DNA of 64,000 nucleotides from an uncultured Alphaproteobacteria bacterium (GCA_944391335.1 CALXTF010000002.1:11801-75800), one strand, 5' to 3'. Positions 10,355 through 20,939 are shown, counted from the stretch's first letter. The notes: generated by a model not told the origin, from the letters alone. Numbers and translations: made by a program.

Positions 10355-11596
10355 TTAATCGTTTGACTGATACTGTGTCATATTGTTTTCTTGTGATTGA
10401 TCTATTCGCAAAAACAATTTTCGACCGGCTTTTCGTAACAATTTATGCAATAATTGTTGTGCGATTTCTTGTTCATTTTTACCGCTTTCAAATAAAACAA
10501 ACCGATTTTGATGTTCAGAAAATGAAATTGATGAATCACTCTTTTTTAATTCGAGAGAAACGACCATTTGCATACGTTTAGTTTGAGAATTAAGAATATC
10601 GACTTTAGCTTTCAAAACTTTTGGGTAAAAGGCGTAATTAGCTTGATCTGAATTATTAACCAATTGATATCCTTGTGTATCGGCAAACATATCTTTTAAA
10701 ACTTGGGAAGATTTAGTTGAATAAGTATTATTGTTAAATTCGACGGGACCGACATAAACAAAGACTTTATTTTGCTCCGTTTCCGATAGGTTTTCTTGAG
10801 ATTTGGATATATCTTGAGTTTTAGATATATTATTTTCTGCCTCAAGATATTTATTTTCATCTTCTGTTTGATTTTCCGTAAAAGAAGATGTTTTATCATT
10901 TATATTTTGAAGCTGTTTTTTCTCGATTAAATTTTTCTCGTTATTTTCCGCGTAGACCACAGGATATTGAGGACTATCATTAAGAGTTTCTTGATTATAA
11001 ACGTTGATTTTATCAAAGTTTTCATTATTAACGTCAGCAAATTGTTTTTCTTGTTCGGTTATTTCATCCGTGCCATTATATAAGACATCTGCGGCGGGTT
11101 CTGCTTGAGGATACATAGCCCACTCATCTTCATCCGTAATAACTTCTTCTTCAATTTCGGCTGCTTGTTTAATATCATATTCAGGAGCAGGACTATCCGG
11201 TGAATAATTTCTGATAACCGATTCGATATCGGTGACAGGAATGGCACCGGTTACTTTAACACATAATTCCTCATCATTTTGACTGGTTGTACGAACCATT
11301 AAGTCACGCATATAATTATCGACGAGATTATAGACAATAACATTAAAATCATGTTCCAACATATGAGATCGCACATCTGCCAGATTTTCGATTTGACTTA
11401 CGGCTTTATAGCTGGCTTTGTCTGTTACCCGAACACGTATACTTGACTTTGATTGCCCTGCGACAAATTTTTCACACGCTTCGCCTTTTATTTTCACCAC
11501 ATCTTCCGTCCGTGCCGAAAAAGCTGCGACCCCCAAAAGAACTACCGAAGCGACCAATAATCCTGTTTTCAATTTACCACCAACTTCTATCATCAT
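10355..11596 (-). CDS. Hypothetical membrane-anchored or secreted protein with an acidic, N/Q/E-rich low-complexity centre
   Basis: Internal start MMIEVGGKLKTGLLVASVVLLGVAAFSA gives a signal/anchor and a short overlap with the upstream lipoprotein gene. The C-terminal domain carries a motif (ANYAFYPKVLKAKVD) like the LpoB/FlgO/TolB-N type of lipoprotein folds, a weak similarity. Confidence 0.65.
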   Translation of the reverse strand: MMIEVGGKLKTGLLVASVVLLGVAAFSARTEDVVKIKGEACEKFVAGQSKSSIRVRVTDKASYKAVSQIENLADVRSHMLEHDFNVIVYNLVDNYMRDLMVRTTSQNDEELCVKVTGAIPVTDIESVIRNYSPDSPAPEYDIKQAAEIEEEVITDEDEWAMYPQAEPAADVLYNGTDEITEQEKQFADVNNENFDKINVYNQETLNDSPQYPVVYAENNEKNLIEKKQLQNINDKTSSFTENQTEDENKYLEAENNISKTQDISKSQENLSETEQNKVFVYVGPVEFNNNTYSTKSSQVLKDMFADTQGYQLVNNSDQANYAFYPKVLKAKVDILNSQTKRMQMVVSLELKKSDSSISFSEHQNRFVLFESGKNEQEIAQQLLHKLLRKAGRKLFLRIDQSQENNMTQYQSND

Positions 11597-12119
11597 TTTG
11601 AACCTGACGAATACTTTCCGTCCAACTGCCGACTTCATTATTATTCTTATCATATAAAATCATTTTATATTGTAAGGCATTACCTGGAATATCCTGTACG
11701 GACAAATGATTAACAACAACTTCCAATAGATAATCGGCTTCATCACGATTATTGACCAAAGTGAAAGTTTTAGATCCGTCAATAATTTCTTTTGTTACTT
11801 GACGAGAATAGAAAAAGCCATCCGGCACATGATCAATTCCTGTTTTTTTAACTTGCATAACATAAAGTTTAGGTGAGATAGGTTTTTCATACACATCTGC
11901 CGTTTGATCAAGCATCTTATTTGTTGCTCTGGATGCTATAATTGAATACAATTGAGGGATGGAACTTTCCACATAATAATCTTGCAGCTCATATGGATCA
12001 TCGACAACAAAATATGATATGTTTTCCTCTTCCGTTTGCTGTGTTTGGGATGATGTGTCTTGCCAAGAGGCGCATCCCGTCAACATTCCAACGGCCAAAA
12101 CGACAAATATTTTTTTCAT
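11574..12119 (-). CDS. Lipoprotein (181 aa), possibly LpoB/FlgO-like fold
   Basis: Signal peptide with lipobox MLTGC. C-terminal EADYLLEVVV motif. The family call is tentative. Confidence 0.75.
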   Translation of the reverse strand: MKKIFVVLAVGMLTGCASWQDTSSQTQQTEEENISYFVVDDPYELQDYYVESSIPQLYSIIASRATNKMLDQTADVYEKPISPKLYVMQVKKTGIDHVPDGFFYSRQVTKEIIDGSKTFTLVNNRDEADYLLEVVVNHLSVQDIPGNALQYKMILYDKNNNEVGSWTESIRQVQNDDRSWW

Positions 12120-12212
12120 AAAATTCAGCCTTTCTTAATAAAATCAATTTTAAGCACAGTATAAGCAATTTTTATTATTTTCTCAATCAATTTTTTTCAT
12201 ATTGCTTATTTT

Positions 12213-12725
12213 TTGATAGTTTTATTGCTTTTATTTTTTTTATGCTTTATATTCTGTTTAGTTTTTAACTTTTTGATGAAAAGAAACATGGTTATAACTT
12301 CAACTGTTATTTTAATGGGGTTATTATTGCTCATTGCCCCTTTGCGTAAAAATAATTTTTATATGCTACATATCGGGATAGTTATTCTTGCCGCTTATTA
12401 TATGGAAAATAATCTTTTTACGGTAACCCCCTTTCATCCCAAAACTTTATTATTATTTTTAGTTTTTCACTTAACATCAATAAATTTCGTTACCTTTATA
12501 GCTTATGGGGTTGATAAGCGTGCCGCACAAACCGGAAATTGGCGAATCTCTGAAAATAATTTGCACACTTTGGAGTTTTTGGGCGGATGGGCAGGAGCTT
12601 TACTTGGGCAAAAGCTATTTCATCATAAATCAAAAAAGAAAAGTTACCAAACTTTCTTTTGGTTAATGTTCTTTTTTGAAATTGGTTTGATTTTTGTCAT
12701 CTTAAAATTTTTAAAAATTATATAG
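12213..12725 (+). CDS. DUF1294-family membrane protein
   Basis: C-terminal YGVDKRAAQTGNWRISENNLHTLEFLGGWAGALLGQKLFHHKSKK matches the DUF1294 signature from memory. The start is uncertain: TTG at 12213 or ATG at 12276. Confidence 0.7.
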   Translation: MIVLLLLFFLCFIFCLVFNFLMKRNMVITSTVILMGLLLLIAPLRKNNFYMLHIGIVILAAYYMENNLFTVTPFHPKTLLLFLVFHLTSINFVTFIAYGVDKRAAQTGNWRISENNLHTLEFLGGWAGALLGQKLFHHKSKKKSYQTFFWLMFFFEIGLIFVILKFLKII

Positions 12726-12737
12726 GTATATCATTCA

Positions 12738-14516
12738 ATGTCTGTTAGAAATTATGTGCTTCAGCCGGAAACCAAGCAAAAATTAAAATTTGCCGACCAT
12801 TATAAACAAATGTGGCCCTTTGTTAAACCATATTGGATACGAGCTTTATTGGCAATTTTAATCTGTATTCCCGTCGGCGCTCTTGATTCGGTTATTGCTC
12901 TTGCTCTTAAACCTTACATGGATCATGTACTTGTCGATAAAGATGTTCAATCACCTATTTATATACCGCTTCTTATTGTCGCTTTTACAACGGTACAAGG
13001 TCTGTTAAATTATGCCGCCATTTATTTAAACACTTGGGTTGGAACACGCATTAATCATGATATTAAACGTGCTTTATTTAAAAAATTAATGGTTTTTGAG
13101 CCAGCTTTTTTTGATCAAAATTCTTCCGGAATTATTCTTCAACGTTTTGCCACCGATGCTGATATTGCTTGTTTGGGGTTGCTTGATAATTTAAAATTAT
13201 TTGTTTCCCGATTTTTTTCATCCGTTTCTTTAATCGCCGTATTAATTTATAATTCATGGCAGTTATCAATCATTGCCATAGTGGTTTTAATTTGTGCTTT
13301 ACTTCCTTTAACACAAGTAAAAAGAAGAATTAAAGGATTAATTAAAGATACCATTGAACGTTCTTCCGGTATTCTCACTCATTACAATGAATGTCATGCC
13401 GGTAACAAAACTATTGCTTCTTATAATTTACAAGAAAAAATGTATCTGCAATGTAATGAAATTTTACGCATGTTATTCAAATTAACCATGAAAATGGTTA
13501 AAAAAACAGGTTGGATGACACCTTTAATGCATGTGGTTGTTTCAATCGGCGTCGGTGCTGTGATAGGCTTCGGCAGCTATTTAATTGTCAACGGAACGAT
13601 TAGCTCCGGAAATTTTGTTTCTTTCATTACAGCTTTAATTATGCTTTATACCCCGATTAAAGGAATTGGAAAGAATTTTAATAACGTACAAATTTCTTTT
13701 CTTGCCATAGAACGGATTACGGATATTTTAAATATTCCTTCTGATATTACAGATAAAGAAAATGCTAAAGAATTAAAAACAATAAAAGAAAATATATGTT
13801 TCAATCATATTAATTTTGAATATATTCAAAACACACCCGTATTAAAAGATATTTGTTTACGGGTTAAAGCTGGAACGACTGTTGCCTTAGTTGGTAATTC
13901 AGGAGGGGGAAAAACAACTATTGTAAATTTATTACCGCGGTTTTACGATGTAACCGATGGTTCAATTACAATTGACGGAACAGATATCCGCGATTATTCT
14001 TTAAAATCCTTACGAGAAAATATAGCTATTGTTTTTCAAGATAATTTTTTATTTTCCGGAACGATTCGCGATAATATTTTACTTGGTAAACCAGATGCTA
14101 GTGAAGAAGAAATCCATAAAGCACTTAAAATGGCCTATTTAGAAGAGTTTGTTAATGAACAAGAAAACGGACTTGATACAGATATCGGAGAACGAGGCTC
14201 CTCTCTTTCCGGAGGGCAACGGCAACGTTTGGCAATTGCCCGTGCTTTAGTTAAAAACGCCCCTATAGTCATTCTTGATGAAGCCACTTCCGCTCTTGAC
14301 AACCGTTCAGAAGCCGTTGTACAAAAAGCAATCAACAACCTCATGAAAGATCGTACCGTTTTTGTCATTGCTCACCGTTTATCAACCATTCAAAACGCTG
14401 ATCTTATTGTCGTATTAAATGATGGAAAAATTATCGAAACCGGACGTCATGAAGAGTTAATGCAAAAAGAAAACGGAGCATATCGTAATTTATATAACGC
14501 TCAATTTAAAAATTAA
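12738..14516 (+). CDS. ABC exporter, fused permease/ATPase (MsbA-like)
   Basis: Six-TM N-terminal half. Walker A GNSGGGKTT, signature LSGGQRQR, Walker B IVILDEATSALD. Confidence 0.9.
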   Translation: MSVRNYVLQPETKQKLKFADHYKQMWPFVKPYWIRALLAILICIPVGALDSVIALALKPYMDHVLVDKDVQSPIYIPLLIVAFTTVQGLLNYAAIYLNTWVGTRINHDIKRALFKKLMVFEPAFFDQNSSGIILQRFATDADIACLGLLDNLKLFVSRFFSSVSLIAVLIYNSWQLSIIAIVVLICALLPLTQVKRRIKGLIKDTIERSSGILTHYNECHAGNKTIASYNLQEKMYLQCNEILRMLFKLTMKMVKKTGWMTPLMHVVVSIGVGAVIGFGSYLIVNGTISSGNFVSFITALIMLYTPIKGIGKNFNNVQISFLAIERITDILNIPSDITDKENAKELKTIKENICFNHINFEYIQNTPVLKDICLRVKAGTTVALVGNSGGGKTTIVNLLPRFYDVTDGSITIDGTDIRDYSLKSLRENIAIVFQDNFLFSGTIRDNILLGKPDASEEEIHKALKMAYLEEFVNEQENGLDTDIGERGSSLSGGQRQRLAIARALVKNAPIVILDEATSALDNRSEAVVQKAINNLMKDRTVFVIAHRLSTIQNADLIVVLNDGKIIETGRHEELMQKENGAYRNLYNAQFKN

Positions 14517-14518
14517 AC

Positions 14519-16297
14519 TTACATTTTTTTATATAAATCAGGAAGCAATTTTTCTTTTTTCTTTTCTTTCTGTTTTTGTTTTTTACTAATCCGGCTAAAA
14601 ACCTGCATAAAAGCTGCTGCATCAAAATTTGCATGACGTTTAGAATATAAAACAGCTTGCAGCTTTTTCAATTGATCCGTAAACACTTCATCTTCAACTA
14701 AAGAAGCTACATCGTTAAGATTATGAATTTCATGATCTGAAAAGATTTTTTCCGCCCACTCTATAACATTATCTCTAATAGCTCTTAAATCATTATTTCG
14801 AATAGCCTTACCGACGCTTACCGAAGATGAAGCCGGATTCGTTTTCTTATTATCTAGTTGTTTTTTAGGCGATACATGATGATAACCTAAAAAATAAGCA
14901 GCTAACAAACTAACGATGATTCCTCCTGCAAATGCTGCCAATAAATACCATATCATATAATCTGTTTTTTTTACGGCTGTAGCAGAGACAGAAGAATTAT
15001 TTTTTTGTTCCAGAGTTGCATCTTTTACTGTTTGAGATAAATTTTCATCAGGTATATTGACATTTACAATTTTTCCAGGCAGCACGTTAATTTTTACTTC
15101 AGGTAAAACAGCCTTTTCTATTTTATTTAATTGGACATTATACCAATAAACAACTATTTCAGGAAGGGTGATAAGACCGCTTTTCTCTGGAATATAAACA
15201 TTTTTCATTTTCATAAAGGAAATAACATCACCATCTTGTATTTTACTTTCAACGACTGGTTTTTCCGGATATTGTTTCATTCCTGAAATTTCCGGAAATT
15301 GAATTTCGGGAAGTTGGGTGTCAATAACGCCTGTTGCTTGTAAATAAATTTCTCGACTAACGGCTTCCCCACTTTTAAATTCAGGAATTTTTTGCTGCCA
15401 ATTTGATGTTAATTTTACATCTTTGGCGGGCAACCACCAACGTCCTTGATTTGTAACAGGAATTTTCTCCACTTCAATACTAATCGGACGCGCTTTTAGA
15501 TTTACGGGAACTCGTCGTCCAAACATTTCAAGACCGAAACCTGCATCATTTAAACCGCTAAAAGCTCCCAACAACCCTTGTAAAGAACTATTATAACGGT
15601 TATCAGCCGCGACATAATAACCGCTAAAACGAACCTCAGGTATTACCAATGATCCGCTTTTTTGAGGAAATAAAGCATAATTAAAAGTAATTTCACGCAT
15701 TTCAACGCCATCTTGAATTTTTGTAGAAATAACAGGATCACCTAAAACACGAATAATCCAATCATCTGCGTTATCCGCTAAAAATTGCGGAGCTGTTCCT
15801 TGCAACGCGGCATCCGTTGTTATGGTAAAACTATAATTTATTTGCTGTTGTACAAAGGGATGTGGGTTGTCTATATTTCGCGCAACCGTAAACTTTGGTG
15901 TCAATCTCTGATTATCCACTGTTGTTGGGACATTTGAAGCATCAACTACATTTAAAACCAAAGGACGGCTTTGCACATTATTCACAGAGAGTGATGGAAT
16001 TGTGTAACTGCCGATTTGTTCGGCTGCCATTGTCACACTCCAGATATAAGTTTTATCCATTTTCCCGTTACGATATGTTCCTTTGTAAGAATTTGAAACC
16101 ATATAAACCGTAAAATCTTTTTCTAAAAGCGAAAAATCCGGACGATTATTTTTAGGATCACCAGAATATTCTAAAGTTAGAACAAAAGTTTCCCCCACAG
16201 GCACAGGGTTTCGATTAAGTTTTGCGGTTAATGTATCTGCCTGTGCCGGAGAAGCTAATAATAATGCATATAAAAAAATCCACATATATTTTTTCAT
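14519..16297 (-). CDS. BatD-like (oxygen-tolerance family) protein
   Basis: Signal peptide, a long beta-rich ectodomain, a single C-terminal TM and a lysine-rich tail. Last gene of a Bat-type operon, with a TAATG overlap to the upstream gene. Confidence 0.75.
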   Translation of the reverse strand: MKKYMWIFLYALLLASPAQADTLTAKLNRNPVPVGETFVLTLEYSGDPKNNRPDFSLLEKDFTVYMVSNSYKGTYRNGKMDKTYIWSVTMAAEQIGSYTIPSLSVNNVQSRPLVLNVVDASNVPTTVDNQRLTPKFTVARNIDNPHPFVQQQINYSFTITTDAALQGTAPQFLADNADDWIIRVLGDPVISTKIQDGVEMREITFNYALFPQKSGSLVIPEVRFSGYYVAADNRYNSSLQGLLGAFSGLNDAGFGLEMFGRRVPVNLKARPISIEVEKIPVTNQGRWWLPAKDVKLTSNWQQKIPEFKSGEAVSREIYLQATGVIDTQLPEIQFPEISGMKQYPEKPVVESKIQDGDVISFMKMKNVYIPEKSGLITLPEIVVYWYNVQLNKIEKAVLPEVKINVLPGKIVNVNIPDENLSQTVKDATLEQKNNSSVSATAVKKTDYMIWYLLAAFAGGIIVSLLAAYFLGYHHVSPKKQLDNKKTNPASSSVSVGKAIRNNDLRAIRDNVIEWAEKIFSDHEIHNLNDVASLVEDEVFTDQLKKLQAVLYSKRHANFDAAAFMQVFSRISKKQKQKEKKKEKLLPDLYKKM

Positions 16298-18009
16298 TAT
16301 TTATCGTCCTTGTATCTGTTTTTTAGATATTCTTTACGAATAAAAGCTCGCAGCAAACCTCCTGCATCTTCCGGAATATCTCGAAATTGTTGTTCTCGCG
16401 CTTGTAGGGCTTCATTATATTCTTTCTTATTGTTTTCTTTTTCGTTTATTTGTTTTTCAAGCTCAGTTTGTTGATCTGACTTATTTTTTTGTTCCTCGGA
16501 TGTTTGTTTGTTTTGAGACTGTTTATCGGAATTATTATTTTTCTGTTCTAATTGTTGTTGCTGTTGATTATCTTCAGAAGCATCATTTTGATTTTCAGGT
16601 GATTGTTGTTCTTGCTTAGCGGCATCTGATGATTGTTGTTGTGTTTTATTCTGAGGAGTATTTTGATTATTATTTTGATTCTGATTATTATTTTTCTCGT
16701 TTTGGTTTTGATTATCGCTTTGCCCGCCAGACTGCTGTTGTTTCTGTTGCTGTTTAAGATATTCTAAGTTAAATTTAGCATCTTCATGATTAGGTTGTAT
16801 TTCAAGAACTTGTTCATATTTTTTGATAGCTTCTTCGATTTTACCGCTTTTAGCCAAAGCGTTACCTTGATTATAAAGACTTTCAACATCTTTACCGGCA
16901 AAATATTTATAGGCATTTTCGAAATCACCAAGACGATAATATGAAGAAGCTTTCCACGCCGGCAAATCAAATTTTTGAGCGGCTTGTTGAAATTCTTGAT
17001 TCTGAAAGGCTTTTATTCCTTCTTGATTGTGATTAAGAAAGAAACCGGCTTGGGCAGAAGTTGTACTTAATCCCCAAAATAAGAAAATCATAAAAATACC
17101 ATGACGAAAAAAATATAATGTACATATTAGAGGTAAGAATAATAGCCAATATCCTCCATCTTCCCATATTTCTTTTTCATTTTTTCCTTCTTTAAGATTT
17201 TTATCATTACTTTTATTTAGATTTTGAGCTAATTGATTTAAACCGGTAAGAACATCTACATATAATCCTCCGCCTTTTTCAGCAATCATTTTCAATTTTT
17301 CCGAAGTTTTAGCTCCGACATTAACGACATTGACACGAAACCCTTTAGCATAGGCTGCGGCTGCAGATATTATTGCCAGATTAAAATCTTGTCCAACATC
17401 TGCAGCTAAAACCACAATATTTCCTTCTTTCATTTGGGCTTCATTAAAACGCAAAACAGCATAATCTAAAGCACGATATAAACGATCTCCGTTTTCGGGC
17501 ATAATATCTAAAGTTACAGCAGCTAATAAATTATCGATAACTTTTTTATCAACAGTCAAAGGACTAATCAAAAAAGGTTCTTCCGTATAAACAATCAATC
17601 CGCTATCAGCATTATCAACAGATTTTAACAAATCAGAAATGGCGTATTTTGCTCGTGTTAATCGATTTGGGGTAACATCATCCGCATTCATATCGGAAGA
17701 TAAATTTAATAGGAACATTACAGGATTTTCAGTTAAAAAAACAGGTATGTATTTTTTTTGCCATGTTGGTCCGGCTAAAGAAATAATAGCACCGAGCATT
17801 CCCGTTAAGATCAAACCTGCGGCCAAACGTCTCTGTCGAGAAGATCCTTTGATTAATAAAAAATCAAGTAATTTTTTATCACACACGGCTTCCCAAGCGG
17901 AAACATTATTAAAGCCTGAAAAGAAACGAAACCAACCGATTATTGGAAAGATAACAGCTAACAACCACCACGGTCTTAAAAAATGGAAATTAACTATAAA
18001 TTCTGTCAT
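16297..18009 (-). CDS. BatB-like VWA plus TPR protein with a long Q/N-rich low-complexity tail
   Basis: N-terminal TMs, a VWA region, a TPR segment (YNQGNALAKSGKIEEAIKKYEQVLEIQPNHEDAKFNLEY), then about 100 aa of Q/N/K repeats. Confidence 0.8.
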   Translation of the reverse strand: MTEFIVNFHFLRPWWLLAVIFPIIGWFRFFSGFNNVSAWEAVCDKKLLDFLLIKGSSRQRRLAAGLILTGMLGAIISLAGPTWQKKYIPVFLTENPVMFLLNLSSDMNADDVTPNRLTRAKYAISDLLKSVDNADSGLIVYTEEPFLISPLTVDKKVIDNLLAAVTLDIMPENGDRLYRALDYAVLRFNEAQMKEGNIVVLAADVGQDFNLAIISAAAAYAKGFRVNVVNVGAKTSEKLKMIAEKGGGLYVDVLTGLNQLAQNLNKSNDKNLKEGKNEKEIWEDGGYWLLFLPLICTLYFFRHGIFMIFLFWGLSTTSAQAGFFLNHNQEGIKAFQNQEFQQAAQKFDLPAWKASSYYRLGDFENAYKYFAGKDVESLYNQGNALAKSGKIEEAIKKYEQVLEIQPNHEDAKFNLEYLKQQQKQQQSGGQSDNQNQNEKNNNQNQNNNQNTPQNKTQQQSSDAAKQEQQSPENQNDASEDNQQQQQLEQKNNNSDKQSQNKQTSEEQKNKSDQQTELEKQINEKENNKKEYNEALQAREQQFRDIPEDAGGLLRAFIRKEYLKNRYKDDK

Positions 18010-19010
18010 CAGCTTTCTCTCCTTTTAAGCCATATAGTTATAAAAGCCACTAATAACGCAGCCGCCAACGGCCAATAAAATAAGTCTTTTGCTTCACGCG
18101 TATATTGATTATCATTAGCACTTGGTTCCAACCGATTAATTTCCTCATAAATTTTTTTCAAACCCTCTGTATCATTAGCCCGAAAATAAGATCCTTGAGT
18201 TTCTGCGGCTAATTGTTTTAATCCTTCTTCATCAACATCATTTCCGGATAAGCGTATACCAAAGAAAGAATCAACAAAAGCCTGTTGAGAACCGACGCCA
18301 ATTGTATAAATTTTCACTTGTTCATTTTTAGCCAAATTAATAGCTTGAGGCAAACTTAAGCTACCATCGTTATTTTCTCCATCCGTCAATAAGATAATAA
18401 TTTTATCTTTTGTACCGTCATCATTTCGAATATTTTTTAAGGCCAAGCCGAGAGCGTCACCTATTGATGTAGAATTACCGGCCATACCGGCTTCCATTGA
18501 CCACAATATTTCGCGTACGGATTTTCTATCAAAAGTCACAGGCGATTGCAAATAAGCTCGTGTTCCGAACAAAACCAGTCCTATACGATCATTTTGCCGT
18601 TGTTGAATAAAATTATCCGCAGCTAATTTAACAGCGGTTAATCTATCGATTCGCTGGCGGTTAAGAATAAAATCAGGTTCACGCATAGAAGTTGATATAT
18701 CCATAACCAACATAATATCGCGTCCGTAATTTTTATTTTTCATGGGTTCTCCAAGCCATTGAGGCCGTGCGGCAGCGATTGTCAACAAACCCCATATAAC
18801 AAAGAGAAGGAATAATCCTTTATAATTGCTTTTAGATTGAGCATTTTTTCCCCATATACTTCCGCTTTGTTGATTAATATTGGCAATATCATTTAGAAAA
18901 GGAACTTTTAAAGCATCTCCGTGCAATCCTCGAACAGGTGGAAGCAATTGCCGAACGAGCCAAGGCAAAAGAAGCAACAAGAACATAATCGGATAAGCAA
19001 AAGTTATCAT
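18009..19010 (-). CDS. BatA-like VWA-domain membrane protein
   Basis: VWA MIDAS-type DISTSM and LLTDGENN motifs, with terminal TMs. The start at 19010 gives an ATGA overlap with the upstream gene. Confidence 0.85.
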   Translation of the reverse strand: MITFAYPIMFLLLLLPWLVRQLLPPVRGLHGDALKVPFLNDIANINQQSGSIWGKNAQSKSNYKGLFLLFVIWGLLTIAAARPQWLGEPMKNKNYGRDIMLVMDISTSMREPDFILNRQRIDRLTAVKLAADNFIQQRQNDRIGLVLFGTRAYLQSPVTFDRKSVREILWSMEAGMAGNSTSIGDALGLALKNIRNDDGTKDKIIILLTDGENNDGSLSLPQAINLAKNEQVKIYTIGVGSQQAFVDSFFGIRLSGNDVDEEGLKQLAAETQGSYFRANDTEGLKKIYEEINRLEPSANDNQYTREAKDLFYWPLAAALLVAFITIWLKRRES

Positions 19011-19459
19011 AAATTTTCTCCAATCCACTGACGACAAAAGGTGTAAAGATCGGTAATATCTTTTTCATGATAAACTTTAGAATTAGGATGGATATAAGGG
19101 GCATCAAGCAATAATCTGGCGGTTTTTCCCGTAATCTTACGATGTGTATGATTATTTAAAAAATCAATCCATTCCTGCCCAAAGACGGAAGCTGCGTTGG
19201 GATATTTATAAACACAAATGCGCCTAAGTATTTCAGACATTTTAACCGCCGATGAAAGATTCGAACTATAATTTTTTTCTAACAACTCAAGCGCATAACG
19301 TTTTTTACTTTTAAGCCATAGGAAGCGTCCCAAGACCGAGACGACGAGTAAAACCACTATTGTAATTATAATGATCCACCAACCATAAGCCAAAGGGAAA
19401 ATAGGTATATCTTCCACAGGTAAATGAATATCTCTTAATTCCGGCAAATTATCCTGCAT
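19007..19459 (-). CDS. DUF4381-like small membrane protein (Bat operon member)
   Basis: Single TM (WWIIIITIVVLLVVSVL) followed by a basic stretch. Sits directly upstream of batA, as in Bat operons. Confidence 0.6.
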   Translation of the reverse strand: MQDNLPELRDIHLPVEDIPIFPLAYGWWIIIITIVVLLVVSVLGRFLWLKSKKRYALELLEKNYSSNLSSAVKMSEILRRICVYKYPNAASVFGQEWIDFLNNHTHRKITGKTARLLLDAPYIHPNSKVYHEKDITDLYTFCRQWIGENL

Positions 19460-19553
19460 TAACTCAGCCTTTCTCTATACCTTTTTAATTTAGTTTTTTA
19501 TAAGTCAAATATCAAGACTTAAACTATAAACAAAGCATTTATAATCTATTTAT

Positions 19554-20939
19554 TTAATCATAAAAAGCCGAATTTTTATTAATTGTGTAGATACCGTTAT
19601 TTTGTGGCAAATTATACCAAACATACATCACATTATGAACAGGACAATTTTTTTGGCACCAAGCATTATAATTTTCAATGACTTGTCTTTGCAGATAATT
19701 TGCAAAAACACGTCGTATCGTATTATCTATTTTTATAGAAAAAGAAGAAGAAAAGGATGGTGAAGTCACAATATTTATGATAATAATTCCCGAAGGAGCC
19801 AAAGCTTTTCGCGCACGAATAAAATATTCTTCTGTAACTAAATCAAGAGGAATAATTTGTCGGCTGGAATATGTATCAAGAACAATTAAATCATATTTTA
19901 TATTTGTTTCTTTTAGAAATTGATTAGCATCTTCAACAACAAATTTTTTATTTTTTGCAAGAGGTTTTGAAAGAAAATATTTTTCGGCAACATCTTTTAA
20001 CGAAGCGTCGACATCAACATAAGTATATTGATTAAAATGGTCATACTGCCCCATTGTAAAACCACCAGCGCCTATAATTAAAACTTGTTTAGGCTTTCCG
20101 GAAGTTGGTAAAAATTTAATAAAATTATCTTCAACAAAACGAACATAAGCAAAACGCAATTTAGGATTTTGAGATATTTTGGAGGCTCCGCCTCCGTTCA
20201 TTAACATAATTTTAGACTGATTATCATCGGCAGGAAACACAGCTATTGTAGATACGGCATTATTTTCAACAATGTGGTAAATTTTGAGCAATAACGCGTC
20301 ACGATTAAGCAAAAATACTGCCAATAAAATTGTCAGCATAGCAACTATTTTTCTATTACCTAAAAGCCAAGCGGTTAATAAAGCGGCAAAAGTAATAAAC
20401 ATAATTGTATGATTTACCCCAATAAAAGGCATCACCAAAAGAGTCGTCATTATTGAACCAAGTACGGAACCAATTGTATCTACGGCCATAATACGTCCAA
20501 TATTATTATGATCAAAACGGTTCAAATACCTACTTAACACCGCCGTAATTTTACCGAAAAGATATGGTGCAAAAGATAGAAAAATAAAGGAATAAAAGAA
20601 TGTTTGCAAAATATTTGATTTTAATCCGATTTTATTCATAAACATGAAGTAGATATCGATTAAAATATAAGATGAAGCCAAAACAGTCATCAAAGCAATG
20701 ATAACAAAATCTCCAGATAGAACTTGCCGTAAACGTGCGCGCCGAATAGAAATTTTTGATCCGCAATAATATCCCAAAGACATAAAGGCAAGCATCATTC
20801 CAATAACAATAGAAGCTGTTACCGCTGTTGAACCGACAAAACCGCTTAATTGACGCATAACAACCAATTCCAAAGATAAACTACAAAATCCACCGAAGAA
20901 AACAGCAGTAAACAATATATTTTTAAGCTTTTTATTCAT
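19554..20939 (-). CDS. Fused polytopic membrane domain plus spermidine-synthase-like aminopropyltransferase/methyltransferase
   Basis: About 220 aa of TM helices, then VLIIGAGGFTMGQ...YVDVD...YDLIVLDTYSS (Rossmann/SpeE-like). Confidence 0.75.
   Translation of the reverse strand: MNKKLKNILFTAVFFGGFCSLSLELVVMRQLSGFVGSTAVTASIVIGMMLAFMSLGYYCGSKISIRRARLRQVLSGDFVIIALMTVLASSYILIDIYFMFMNKIGLKSNILQTFFYSFIFLSFAPYLFGKITAVLSRYLNRFDHNNIGRIMAVDTIGSVLGSIMTTLLVMPFIGVNHTIMFITFAALLTAWLLGNRKIVAMLTILLAVFLLNRDALLLKIYHIVENNAVSTIAVFPADDNQSKIMLMNGGGASKISQNPKLRFAYVRFVEDNFIKFLPTSGKPKQVLIIGAGGFTMGQYDHFNQYTYVDVDASLKDVAEKYFLSKPLAKNKKFVVEDANQFLKETNIKYDLIVLDTYSSRQIIPLDLVTEEYFIRARKALAPSGIIIINIVTSPSFSSSFSIKIDNTIRRVFANYLQRQVIENYNAWCQKNCPVHNVMYVWYNLPQNNGIYTINKNSAFYD

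Noticed and set aside
12120-12212. AT-rich intergenic regions (for example 12120-12212, 20940-21068, 33916-34126) as replication-origin-like or regulatory repeat regions
   Set aside because: No DnaA-box clusters or repeated motifs were recognised by eye. They are most simply divergent promoter regions.
14517-14518. Convergent MsbA-like and BatD-like genes separated by only 2 nt with no terminator
   Set aside because: This is unusual in lacking an intergenic hairpin, but tight convergent junctions are common in compact genomes. No further signal was found.
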